64,000 nt of DNA from Torpedo marmorata (lineage: Eukaryota), in the NCBI GenBank assembly GCA_977017645.1, contig OZ360239.1, positions 39,804,001 to 39,868,000 of the forward strand. Reading direction: 5' to 3'. The translations under genes and the position numbers were made by a program. Positions 12,130 to 23,644 of this stretch are shown here, piece by piece (position 1 is the stretch's first letter; every line of letters begins with the position of its first letter). Below the pieces are notes generated by a model that did no database searches, was not told the origin of the DNA, and saw nothing but the letters and a program-made list of their open reading frames with translations.

Positions 12130-12440
12130 GAATTGCTGGAGGAACTCAGCTGGCCAGACAGCATCCATGGGTAGAAATGGTCAGTCAAAGTTTCAGGTCT
12201 GAACCCTTTATCAAAATTAAGATTGAATATGTGAAATTACATATATAAAGGGGGAAAGAAACTGGGTAGGGGCCTAGAGGTGGTGGGACAGAAGGCATAT
12301 GAGGTAGAGAAATAGTGGAAAGGCAGATAGAGGGTGAAAAGAAAAGTTAGAGGGAGTAAAAAAGTAAGTACAGGAGTAGGTAAAGAAGAGGTGGAAACAG
12401 TGGAATCAAATGGGGTGTAGGGTTACCTAAAATTAGAAAG
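12130..12440 (-). mobile_element. Old PLE 3' end (terminal repeat plus UTR)
   Basis: tgctggaggaactcagc...tttcaggtctgaaccctttatcaa followed by a purine-rich stretch as in the other minus-strand PLE ends. Confidence 0.65.
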
Positions 12441-12609
12441 ATACCAGTAGCTTTTGTGTTTCTCAGTTGAGTAGATTTGCCATTTATGGTGTCTGACCCA
12501 ACAGACTCGTTTTTTTCAGATATTTGGTGATCTGGAATATGCTGTCAAAGGCTTTTGAACCATTTCTGTGTCCCCCATAGTTGGGCACATTTTAAAACTA
12601 TTATAAAAA

Positions 12610-12857
12610 AAAGGTAAAGGTTCCATTATTGTCACGTAATACTACATTTAGAATGTAACATACATGAAATTCTTTAATTTTTGTCTACCGTAAGTAAGGC
12701 AGACAGAGGGTCGCTATTTTGTCCAGCGCCCCTCACAGAAACCTACAGCACCTGGTGTTCCTTGGCGGTCTCCCCTCCAAGTACTGACCAGTCCTGTGCC
12801 TGCTTAGCTTCTGAGATCAGACAATCCCAGTTGTATTCAGGCTATTGGTGCTGTAAG
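12610..12857 (-). mobile_element. 5S rRNA-derived SINE (SINE3 type) with Rex1-like tail
   Basis: Minus strand 12857-12740 reads CTTACAGC...TCTGATCTCAGAAGCTAAGCAGG...AGTACTTGGAGGGGAGACCGCCAAGGAACACCAGGTGCTGTAGG (5S-like, A and C boxes). Tail ends GACAATAATGGAACCTTTACCTTT. Confidence 0.9.
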
Positions 12858-13094
12858 AGGCTTAAATTATTACATAAAGTAAACAAATGTGCTTAAAATC
12901 AGGAAGCATAAATTTTTACAAAGTATTTTGAAATACTCATTAAATAATTTTTAAAAATAAACAGAAATACAGCAAGCACTTCACTTTTTTCATAGAGCTG
13001 GGCACTCAAATGAACGGAAATGTCCTTCTTATGCAGTAGTTGCCATTCCTGGCATAAAGCTCAGCGGTGGCTTGCAAAATGTACTCAGCTCCTT

Positions 13095-15237
13095 TCAGAA
13101 TCAGAATTTATTGTCATGAACAAGTCATGAAATTTGGTGTTTTGCGGCAGCATCATAGTGCAAACATTCATATTATTACCATCTTACGACATTACTATAA
13201 AAAAATATAAATAATAGTGCACGAAAAGTAAGTCAGTGTCTTTGGTTCATTGATTATTCAGGAATCTGATGGCAGCGGGGAAGAAGCTGTCCTTGTGCCG
13301 TTGAGTGCTCAACTTTAGGCTCCTGTACTTTTTTCCCGATGGTAGCACAGTGAAGAGGGCATGGCCTGGGTGGTGGGGGTCTTTGAGTACAGAGGCTGCT
13401 TTTTAAGACACCGTCTCGTGTAGATGTCCTCGATGGAGTGACGTCTAGTGCCTGTGATGTCACAGGCCGAGTTAACAACCCTCTGGAGTTTATTCTTGTC
13501 CTGAGAGTTGGCGCCTCCATACCAGGCAGTGATGCAACCAGCCAGAATGCTCTCCACGATACACCAGTAGAAGTTTAAGAGACTCTTTGGTAACATACCA
13601 AATCTCCTCAGACACCTCACAAAGTATAGCCGCTGGCGAGCCTTCTTTGTGATTGCATCAACGTGGAGACTCCAGGACAGATCCTCGGAGATGTTGACAC
13701 CCAGGAATTTTAGGTTCTTGACCCTCTCCACTACTGAGCCCTCAATGAGGACTGGATCATGTTCCCCTGACTTCCTCCTGAAGTCCACAATCATCTCCTT
13801 GGTTTTGCTGATGTTGAACGCAAGGTTGTTGTCGTTACACCATTCAACGAGCTGATCTATCTCATTGCCGTTTGTGATTTTGCCGACAACTGTGGTGTCA
13901 TCGGCAAATTTGTAGATGGCATTGGAATTGTGCCTGGCCACACAGTCATGGGTGTATAACGAGTAGAGCAGTGGGCTAAGCACACATCCTTGGGGTGCGC
14001 CTGTGTTGATAATCAGTGAGGAGGAGACGTTGTTTCCAGTTCGTACTGACTGTGGTCTTCCGGTGAGAAAGTCAAGGATCCAGTTGCAGAGTAGGATACA
14101 GAGGCCTAGAGTTTGTAGCTTCTTGACAAGCACTGAGAGAATAATGGTATTGAAGGCCGAGCTGTAGTCGATAAAGAGCAGCCGTATGTATGAATTGCTG
14201 TTTTCGAGGTGATCCAGAGCTGAGTGGAGAGCCAGCGATATTGCATCTGCTGTGGAGCGATTGTGGCGATAGGCGAATTGCAGTGGGTCCAGACCTTTGC
14301 TTAGGTACGTGTTAATTCTGGCCAAGACAAGCCTCTCAAAGCATTTCATCACAGTAGAAGTTAGTGCGACTGGGCGGTAGTCATTGAGGCAGCTCACACT
14401 ACTCTTCTTGGGTACCGGGATGATTGATGCCCTTTTGAAGTAGGTGGGAACCTCTGACTGCCGGAATGAGAGGTTGAAAATGTCCGTGAACACTCCGGCT
14501 AGTTGGTTGGTGCAGATTCTCAGTACCCTGCCAGGTACGCCATTAGGGCCTGACGCCTTGCGAGGGTTCACCCTCTTGAATGATGTTCTGACGTCGCCCT
14601 CAGAGACAGATATCACAGGGTCCTCAGCCTTTTCAGGGATTCTAGTAGGCACTGTTTGGTTCTTCTTCTCAAAGTGGGCATAGAAGGTGTTCAGCTCATC
14701 GGGTAGTGAGGCATCACAGCCGTCTATAGTGTTCGCCTTCGCTTTGTAGGCTGTAATGGCCTGCACTCCCTGCCATAGTTGGCGTTTATCTGTCTCTGTC
14801 TCTAGCTTCCTCCGGAATTGCCACTTTTCTTCAGAGATGGCCTTCCACAGGTCGTGCCTGGACTTCTTGTAAAGATCCCAGTCCCCGGCCTTAAACGCCC
14901 TTGTTCTCGCCCTCAGCAGGATGCGAATTCTCTGATTCATCCAGGGCTTGTGGTTGGGGAACACCTGGTATTTGCGCGTGGGCACACACTCATCCACGCA
15001 GGTCTTGATGAAGTTGGTGACACTTGTTGCATATTCATTCAGGTCTATGGATGAGTTCTTGAATATGTTCCAGTCCACCGATTCAAAGCAGTCCTGCAGA
15101 CGCTCCTCCGCCTCCATCGACCATACTTTCGCCGTCCTCACCACTGGTGCTGTGGTCTTCAGTCTCTGCTTGTACGCCGGGAGTAGAAGTACAGCCATGT
15201 GATCAGACTTGTCGAAGTGCGGTCGTGGTATGGCGTT
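13095..15237 (-). mobile_element. Rex1/Babar LINE, 5'-truncated (~2.1 kb)
   Basis: Contains the RT ORF, a 3' UTR and a (TTCTGA)n tail after GACAATAAA. Confidence 0.95.
13315..15198 (-). pseudogene. Rex1-clade reverse transcriptase ORF (627 aa, 5'-truncated, C-terminal frameshift)
   Basis: Motifs DYRPVALTSTVMKCFERL, LFIDYSSAFNTI, GAPQGCVLSPLLYSLYT, YKFADD. Only the end of the endonuclease (SDH) lies upstream, and the frame shifts near KKQPL. Confidence 0.92.
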
Positions 15238-15470
15238 TAAAAAAAAAAATTTACAAAAGAGTAGAAGCCAATTCCGGCCATTTAAATCCGTGCCGCTGAA
15301 TTACACCCAATTAATCTGCAGCCCTATATGCTTTGGAAGGTGGGAGGAAGCTGGAGTACCCAGGGAAAATCCATGCAGACATGCGGAGAATGTACAAACT
15401 CTTTACAAACAGCGTCGGATTCAAACCCAGGTCGCTGGCACTGTAATAGTGTCGTGCTATCCGTGCTAAG
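15238..15470 (-). mobile_element. V-SINE (HE1-like) abutting the assembly gap
   Basis: V-domain and B-box (GGTTTGAATCC) on the minus strand. Confidence 0.8.
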
Positions 15471-15772
15471 NNNNNNNNNNNNNNNNNNNNNNNNNNNNNN
15501 NNNNNNNNNNNNNNNNNNNNNNNNNNNNNNNNNNNNNNNNNNNNNNNNNNNNNNNNNNNNNNNNNNNNNNNNNNNNNNNNNNNNNNNNNNNNNNNNNNNN
15601 NNNNNNNNNNNNNNNNNNNNNNNNNNNNNNNNNNNNNNNNNNNNNNNNNNNNNNNNNNNNNNNNNNNNNNNNNNNNNNNNNNNNNNNNNNNNNNNNNNNN
15701 NNNNNNNNNNNNNNNNNNNNNNNNNNNNNNNNNNNNNNNNNNNNNNNNNNNNNNNNNNNNNNNNNNNNNNNN
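15471..15772. other. Assembly gap (302 N)
   Basis: Run of N. Confidence 1.
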
Positions 15773-16293
15773 GTCAATGAGTGAATTCCCTGGTGAAGAT
15801 AGGGGCCAGGTGCACTGGCATCCAATCTCCCCCACTTCCCTGATTTCCACATTTCATCGAGAGCACACCAAAACCCTGTGATGTGCTGAGATCCAAACGG
15901 CTGACCATCACTGGTTCAATCAGGAACCACTGGGCGGCAATCGCTCCATTGTGGTCCCTTAACTGTGTTTCATTTCCCAAAAATGTCCTGAGAATGTCCA
16001 GAGCTAGCCAGATTTCCATTAATTTCAGTGATCAAGACTCTATGTTAATGACTTGTGGCCTGAAATAACTGTTCTTGGTTTCATGTTTCAAGAAAAGAAT
16101 GGCAATTAGCCCTGTGGATACACTTACTGTACTGGAACCCAATAAAACAAGAAAGATGGTTGTTCTGCTTTACTCTGCTCATGCTCAAACTCCCTGTGGA
16201 ATACGTATACCTTGCAAGAATTCCTGCACAAATTGACATGCAGCTTTGACTGTCATTAACACAGATAACTGACAGAAGCATGGGGTAGGCATT

Positions 16294-17140
16294 AGCCCCT
16301 TTCACACCGCCAACCCTCCACGGAAGCGGGTAAACTTACTGGGCATGCTGCAGCCGGGGAGTCTTTCCCACTGCACCATGATTTACCTGGTTCATCGGGA
16401 ACCCGGGATTTTAAGGCGGGTCCCGCCTCCAGTGGTGCCATCACGAGTGATGTATTACGTACTCGCAGGGCAGTGAAATCGTAGCGGGAATAAAGCACAT
16501 ACGCGCTCAATGTATAAAAGACCGTGGGGAAAAAAGCGCACAGTTTAATAAGGCATACGCGCTCAATGTATGAAAGACCGTGGGAAAAAACGCGTACAGT
16601 TTAATAAGACATACGCGCTCAATGTATAAAAGACCGTGGGAAAATCTACCGCAATGGGCTTCAGACTGTTCAAACTTAGGACAAACTTAGGACAAACCTA
16701 TAGACCAGCTTGTCATTATTCCCTAAACAATAGAGTATAACAACAATTTACATAGCATTACATTGTATTAGGTATTAAAAGTAATCTTGTGATGATTTAA
16801 AGCAAGGGTACGCTCTGACAGCCTCGCCGACTGCACAGTTATATTTCACAGCGTGGCCAGCCACGCTCTGACAGTACCGCCGGCTGCACTCTGACAGACT
16901 GACGCAAGCACGCAGGCACTAACGGTACCCGGTAATTCGAGTGGACCATTCACACCGCCACAGAGTGATTAACGAGTTAACTCGGCCGGGCTCTGACACT
17001 TGCCCCCACTAAGGGTCAGAGCCCGGTTGATTTTTACTCGCCCTGCCCGGTTGGAACCTTTCACACCGCCAGATTACCCGCTCCGGACCCGCTAATTTGG
17101 CCGGTTCAACCCACATGTACTTGGCGGTGTGAAAGTGGCT
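16294..17140. mobile_element. PIF/Harbinger-type non-autonomous DNA transposon (847 bp)
   Basis: 20-bp TIRs AGCCCCTTTCACACCGCCAA / TTGGCGGTGTGAAAGTGGCT (1 mismatch); flanks ATT/ATC; internal copies of ttcacaccgcca; TIR related to the 1013-1260 MITE. Confidence 0.85.
16498..16644. repeat. 56-bp tandem repeat (~2.6 copies) inside the Harbinger element
   Basis: catacgcgctcaatgtat(a/g)aaagaccgtggg starts at 16498, 16554 and 16610. Confidence 0.95.
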
Positions 17141-18667
17141 ATCGACTCACCCCCATATGCCTCCTGGTATTGTTAGATAGTTGTAAAGGCAGAGATACTT
17201 GAAGTCACAGAATTTGTGTTTAGATCACTAAGTTTGGTCCATCATAATTCTTATCTGTCAATGCGAAGGTGTTTGGTTAACCGAAGAGTTTTTCGATGAA
17301 TAAATAGATCATGATTTATTTCAATGCCAAAGTCACACAGCATGTTTTTAATTTACCGATATTCAAAAGTATCAAAAGCCACTGGGCATTATCACCACCA
17401 TCAGCTGGCAGGAATTGTACTCAAATCTCCCTGCAGCATCATTCTGAATTGTCACTTGATGTTACAAATGGCAGGCTTCCTCATCCATATAACGGAGTGA
17501 TAAAATCAAAAAGCTCCTAGCAGCAGTGAGAAAATAAACTACTATGTCTGAGAGTGAAGAAGGCTTTATTAAGCAGCAAGGCTCAGGAGTAGGCTTACAC
17601 ATCTTATTCTCTTAACGGTGTCACATTTCTTCCTCTGATTCTTCTATCTGATCATTTGAAAGCTGGGAAGCTACCTAAACACTACAGGGTTAGTGCTGTA
17701 TTTTTCAGAAGCAAGTTCCCCTGGACTTTATCTCAGCATTCAGAGAATAGAACAATGGTCTCCAGTCACCAGAACTACCTGGACTGGGGCTCAACAGCCT
17801 GGCAGAACTCAAAATTTACTGACTTTTGGAGTGATGCACATGTGACACACATGGACCAGAACCCATAACCTTCTAACTGAGCATGTTTATTTTTTTTCAG
17901 TATGTGTGGATCCTTTAGTGCCTATCACTTGATTTTATTTTAACCATCTGGTTGTAGAAATTTTATCCACCAACTATTCATTCCAGTTTATTTTAACCAG
18001 TACATTGCTTAGAAATTATTGTGAGTTGGAGGAATATATTTAACATGTTAATATGATATTTCCAGGGTAGTACTTCAGTAGAAGTGTAAAATGATTTAAA
18101 TATCCACGATAAAGTAGGAAAGGAAGAGCAAAGGGATGCATTAACTCTTCATCCAGTAGTATTACTAACAATAATTTCTTGGTTTACTCTTCTGCCAAGA
18201 TAACTTGAGTTGAGATCTGGGATGGTTCAACACATTACATTCCTCAAGCTTTTTTTCCTCAAAAAAATAGTTTGAGCAGATCTTAATTATGAACAGTAAA
18301 TAAGCAAATTATTTGCACTTAGGAAATTAGGATCACCAGAACAAAGGATGTAAAGCAAAGCATCGGAGCTGGCACAAATATCACAAAATAACATGATCTG
18401 CAAGGAACCTGTAGCCATCCGTATTGGTGTACACTCACCACCACAGATACTTCCACAGGGCATTATACCACGATTTGAGCTTTGGGCATAAAGAGCAGAC
18501 ATTCAACATCATTACTGGAGGTTCAATCAACTCCTTCAAGGAAGATAATGTGAAAGCACTTGGAACTAGACACGATAATTTGCTGTGTATATAACTTGAA
18601 ATAACCCTGATGTAGTTGATCTATAATATAGTCGGGTTCAATTTCATTAATAGATTAATCATTCATA

Positions 18668-19098
18668 GCAGCAGACCAGCAAGGGGTCAGCGGCCTAAGA
18701 CTTCACACCAGGCTGTAGGCTGCTGGAGAATGGCTCATGGGAACCAGGTATTGTGACCCGGACTAGATGGTGAGCAGGGATCCCGAAGGGCCTCGGGACA
18801 GTTTCCTAATCATATTGGGGAGGATTACTCTGGATGCCTTCAGCTCGTGTTCACCGCTGGAACGGACGGGAGGCCGCGCAGCTACCGAGGTTACAGGAGC
18901 GCAGGAGGCGGCGACATCAGCGGAGGTGGCGGGATCCACAGACACTCAATGTCTCTGAGGGGATTCTCTTTCATTTCTCTTTCATTTTTTGGCTGGGCCA
19001 CCGGACTCATGGTGCCTTTTCGTGTGCCTTTACAGGCAAACAATAGTAAACACATTTTGTGTGTTGTGTACATGACACAAAGGAACCTTGAAATGTGA
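18668..19098 (+). mobile_element. GC-rich non-coding retroposon related to 844-1535
   Basis: Shares gcagcagaccag, ctgctggaga..ctcatgggaaccaggtat, atccaca.a.actca and a tail ending catgacacaaaggaaccttgaa. Confidence 0.7.
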
Positions 19099-19221
19099 AT
19101 ATTTAGTGTTATATATTATTGTTCATGCTGTCCATTACAATGCATCAATTTTTACTTTTAAATTTAATGTCTACTGCCAGAAAAAAGTGGCAATAGCAAA
19201 CAAGGTATTAATTTTGCTTTC

Positions 19222-19289
19222 CAATCTCAGGGTTGTATGTGATGTCATGTATGTACTCTGACAATAAATTTGAACTTTGAACTTTGAAC
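19222..19289 (+). mobile_element. Rex1 extreme 3' tail
   Basis: aatctcagggttgtatgtgatgtcatgtatgtactctgacaataaa plus (tttgaac)n, as at 6728-6795 and 48901-48960. Confidence 0.85.
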
Positions 19290-19619
19290 CAGATTTTTTT
19301 TGCCTTTGACAATGTCATTTGCTCACAACTTCTGTGTCTCTAATCTTCGCCTTTTCATATTTTTTGACTCTCTCTTCTGCTCCTGTTTTTGATCGACAAC
19401 TTCATCTAATGCTCCATCTAATTTAAACGTTATCCTCATAAGTCTCTTGGATTCTTTGTCCTCAGTGCATCTATTATCCACAAGTAAATGCCTCTGAATT
19501 TATTCTTGCCCTATGACTTATCTTAAATCCTTTTGTCCGAGATTTCTCTCTCCTCAGAAATTGTTTGCTTTCACCGATGGTCTTCCAACTGACTGCAGCT
19601 AGAGAGTTGAAGAGCCACA

Positions 19620-21250
19620 CAGTCACAGAAAGCATGGAAACAGGCCCTTCGGCCCAACTTGTCCATGGTGACTAAGTTGCTCATATGAGCTAATCCAATT
19701 TGCCTACATTTGACCCATATTCCTCTAAACCTTTCCAATCATAAACCTGTCCAAATATTTTTTTACATGTCACACTTTGAACATAACTCTACAGCTTCCT
19801 TTGGCAGCTAATTCCATTTATGCAGCATCTTCTCTGTGAAAAATCTGCCCTTCATGTCTCATTTAAATCATTCCCTCCCCTCACCTAAAGCCGATGCCCT
19901 CTAGTTTTAGACTCCCCTACCCCGGGGAAAAGACTATGATTATTTATCTATCTATGCACCTCATGATTTTATATAACTCCATAAGGAAACGCCTCAGCTT
20001 CTTGTGTTCCAGGGAAAACATTCAAGCTCATCCAGTATCCCCTTATAATTCAAGTCCGCTAGTCCTGGTAACATCATTCTGAATCTTTTTTTCACCCTTT
20101 CCAGATTAATGATATCCTGCCTATAACCAAGTGACCAGAACTTCACGTAATACTCCAAATATGGCCTCATCAATTTCTTGTACAGCTGTAACATGGCTTC
20201 CCAACTCCTGTTAAACAGGAAAGTCTGCAGATGCTGGGATTGTAGTGCAATACACAAAAGTGCTGGAGAAACTCAGCAGGTTACGTAGCATCTATAGGAA
20301 GCAAAGGGTAGTCAATGATTCGGACGTAGGCCCTTCGTCAAAGTGTGAGCAAAATGCGGCAGGCTCAGGCCCGAAACATTGGTTACCCTTTACTGCCTAT
20401 ACTGTAGATGATGCGTTACTTGCTGAGTTTCTCCAGCACCTTTGTGTATTGCACTTCTCAACTCCTGTACTCAGTGAACTGATTGAACGTCAAACTCTTA
20501 CTTCACCATCTTGTCTAGCTGTGTCATCACTTTCAGGGAACTATGTAATGATATCCCCCTGTCTCTACTACACTCTCCATTTACTGTGTAGGTCCTGCCT
20601 TGGTTTGACATAAAATGCAACAGTTTGCACTTAACCGCCATTCTCAACCCAGTTATCCAGTTGATCAAGATCCTGCTGTAGTCTGAGATAACATTTGCTA
20701 ACCTTCTTTACTGTCCATTATACCACCAATGAGTATCATCTGCATATAAATGATGAGCAATGTGGACCCAGCACTGCTCCCTGTAGCACACCACTTGTCA
20801 CAGACATACAATTTGAAAAAGAACTCCTACCATCTTTCTCTGTCTCCTTTCACCAAGCCATTTTTGTATCCAAATGGCTCGCTCATCCTGGATCCCATAT
20901 GGCCTAACCTTCCAGGCCAGTCTTCCATGCAGTACCTTGCCAAAGTCCTTGCTAGAGCCCATGTGGACAATGTCTACCACTCATCGCTCATCAATTTTCT
21001 CAGTCACCTCTCCAAAGAAATTCAATCAAATTTGTGGGACACAATTTCCCATGGAGAAAGCTACACTGACCATCCCTAATCAATCCTTGCTTATCCAAAT
21101 GCTGGCGACTCCTCAGAACCCCTCCGGTATCAGGCTCATCAGTCTGTAATTCTCACACTTGTCCTTGCAGTCTTTCTTAAATAATGGTGTAACATTAGCC
21201 ACCCTCCACACTTCCGGTACCTCAGATGTGGCTAATGATGATACAAATAT
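19620..21250 (-). mobile_element. CR1 LINE fragment (decayed)
   Basis: Translations MLQLYKKLMRPYLEYYVKFWS and DFGKVLHGRLAWKVRPYGIQ...WIQKWL; 3' tail at the low-coordinate end. Confidence 0.85.
20211..20453. mobile_element. PLE-derived fold-back element inserted in CR1
   Basis: Inverted arms; 14-bp TSD cttc(c/t)caactcctg at 20197-20210 and 20454-20467. Confidence 0.85.
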
Positions 21251-22114
21251 TTTCATTTCACAGTATAATCTTTGAGAAAATTGTGGATGCTGTCTTTAAT
21301 GGTAAGATTTAGATTAATTTGTCAAACAGTTAAAATGTTTGGCCTAAATTATCAGTGTGCATGTGACTATCCATGTTATCTCCATCTGAAACGTTTCCTT
21401 TAAACATAGGATGCTTCAAAAACCTGTTCAAATTGTGTATGTTCTGGCTATTCACCATGTTTACATTCATCGAGATCATTTTTACCCCAACATACGTCTT
21501 TCCTTGCACATCCCCTTGTCGATCAATTGTTGATTTATCCATTCTTATCCTTTTTTTGACGAGGATAACATTACTTCGATTTTAGCAGTAAAAGGTGTTG
21601 CTTATAATTACACAGAACAACATGCACATTGAGGAACATTTGCCAGTTTTAAACATTCGACTAATTGCCAAGATGGTGATGAATGTGACGAAATGTACTT
21701 GAATGCAATTACCAAAATACACAGCCATTGCTTTCTCCGACTTTTGATCTATGCTATGTCTCAAATGAAAATATTTAGTCTGGGAGAATTTTTCTGAGTT
21801 ATGTTACATATGTAAAGATTATTGCCTTGATTTTGTACAGAAGAGCTGTCTGCGAGTTAAGTAAAGAGAATATGAACAGCTGATACCATTCATTATGTTA
21901 ATCTTCAACATATCATTAAACTTGGAGAATGTTGTACTTGGAAACAGGATACCTCTCAAGCAGTGCCAGAAATTATTGCGGACACCATCGTGCATCTCAA
22001 ATTGTAAGAAAAGAAGTTTCTAGATTTCTACGTTACCAGTGAGCAAGATCAGAAATGGGAAAGATTACTTCACATAACAGATACACTACAGTGCTTGGAT
22101 ATTGATTTCAGGTA

Positions 22115-22465
22115 ACAGAGAATAGAACAGCAACGGGCTCTTGGGCCCACGATGTCTGGCCGAACATAATGCCAAACTGAACAAAACCTCTGATGCTTGC
22201 ACATGATACATATCCTTCTATTCCATGCATATTCATATGTCAATCTGGAAACCTCTCACAAGCTATTAACATATCTGCTTCCACCAGCAGCAGCCCGTTC
22301 CAGGCGACCACCACTTTCTGTGTTAAAAAAAAATTTGCTCTGCACATCACCTTTAAACCTTCCCCATCACCTGAAATGCATGCCCTCTAGTATGTGGCAA
22401 TTTTATCTGGGAAAAAGATTCTGAGTGACTGCCTCACATGGGTTTGTAAACTTCTATCAGGTCTT
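22115..22465 (-). mobile_element. CR1 3' fragment
   Basis: CR1 tail and 3' UTR pattern (ccactttctgtgttaaaaaaa, aacttctatcaggtc). Confidence 0.7.
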
Positions 22466-23644
22466 TTTACATTGAATAATAGCAAGGAATTTGCTCTGGA
22501 TCCACCAGTGGGGACATTCTTTTGCAAAGCAGCATTACTTAGCAATAATGATTATGAATTCAGAACAGAATAAAAATAAACTAAAACTGCCAGAGCTAAC
22601 TTTATAAATATTAGGGCTAGGTCAAAGAATGAGGCAACTACTAACATTGCTTTTTAAGAATCAATTACAGTTAAGTTTACCATCACATGGTTCATGCTTT
22701 CCACTGCTTTTGAAGTTTTTTGTTACGGCACTGAATGTTGATAGCATCATTCAGGGAATCAATCTGCAGAAGTCAAAAAGCAAAAACGTGTAGATGCTGG
22801 AACATTGAAGTAACATAAAATTCTGGAAGTATTCAGGAAGTCACGCAGCATTTGTGGAGAGAAAGCAAACTCTGCAAAAGCAAGTGCGAGGGAGTGTACA
22901 ATAATCGACAGTGATAAAATTAATAATCTTGCAATTGTGTCTTTTAAACTGTGTTTGCAATAGATATTTATATTTGCAACATTTGGAGAAATTTATGGGC
23001 ATAAATCTTAATTTTTTTAGTTGCTTAAATTTTGATGAGAGAGGCTAATTAATTAATATTTTCCATTTTCTGGTCATGGATTGCACAGAGCAACACCACA
23101 GTTTTAGATGACACAAAGCAGAAAGGTTCAGGTTAATTCAATGTTTCAGCTTTATTACAATTATTCTGAAAATGATTACCGGTAATTAGATCTCAGGCTG
23201 ATAAGTTTTCATCTCTAGTGATTAATACAGCTGTCTTTATTTTAAAACCATTGAAACCTTTGAAAAAGATAACAATGTTCCAGGATTTTCTGATAATTTT
23301 TGTTCGAAAGTTGTGCTTTAAAGTAAATCTGATTTTGGTGCTGCGCCACATTTCCACTCATAAGCCACATCTGGACAGGATGATGAGCGACTGTTCCCTT
23401 CTGTTTTACTTCTTCTGTTCAGTTAAATGATGATGCAAACTACTGTTTAATCTGCGGTGTATTTAATTTTTTAAAATTTAAATTTAGACATACAGCCATT
23501 TCAGTCCACAAGCCTGTGTAGGGTGTGTCCGGTCTAATTTTGTGGTACTTTCTTTCACCTGGAAATGATTGCTAGTACTCACCATCTGGGGTAAAATAGA
23601 TTATACATGGTGAGCATCGAAGAAACTTGAATTTCTAGGCTTTT

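Noticed and set aside
12740-12857. Possible functional 5S rRNA gene
   Set aside because: Too many substitutions, no T-run terminator, fused to a retroposon tail and dispersed rather than tandem; better explained as a SINE.
15311-15852. Three ORFs of 128-179 aa in the ORF track
   Set aside because: Artefacts of translating through the N gap.
16498-16644. Repeat-spacer-like array resembling CRISPR
   Set aside because: The spacers are themselves repeated, so it is a plain tandem repeat in a eukaryotic transposon with no cas genes.
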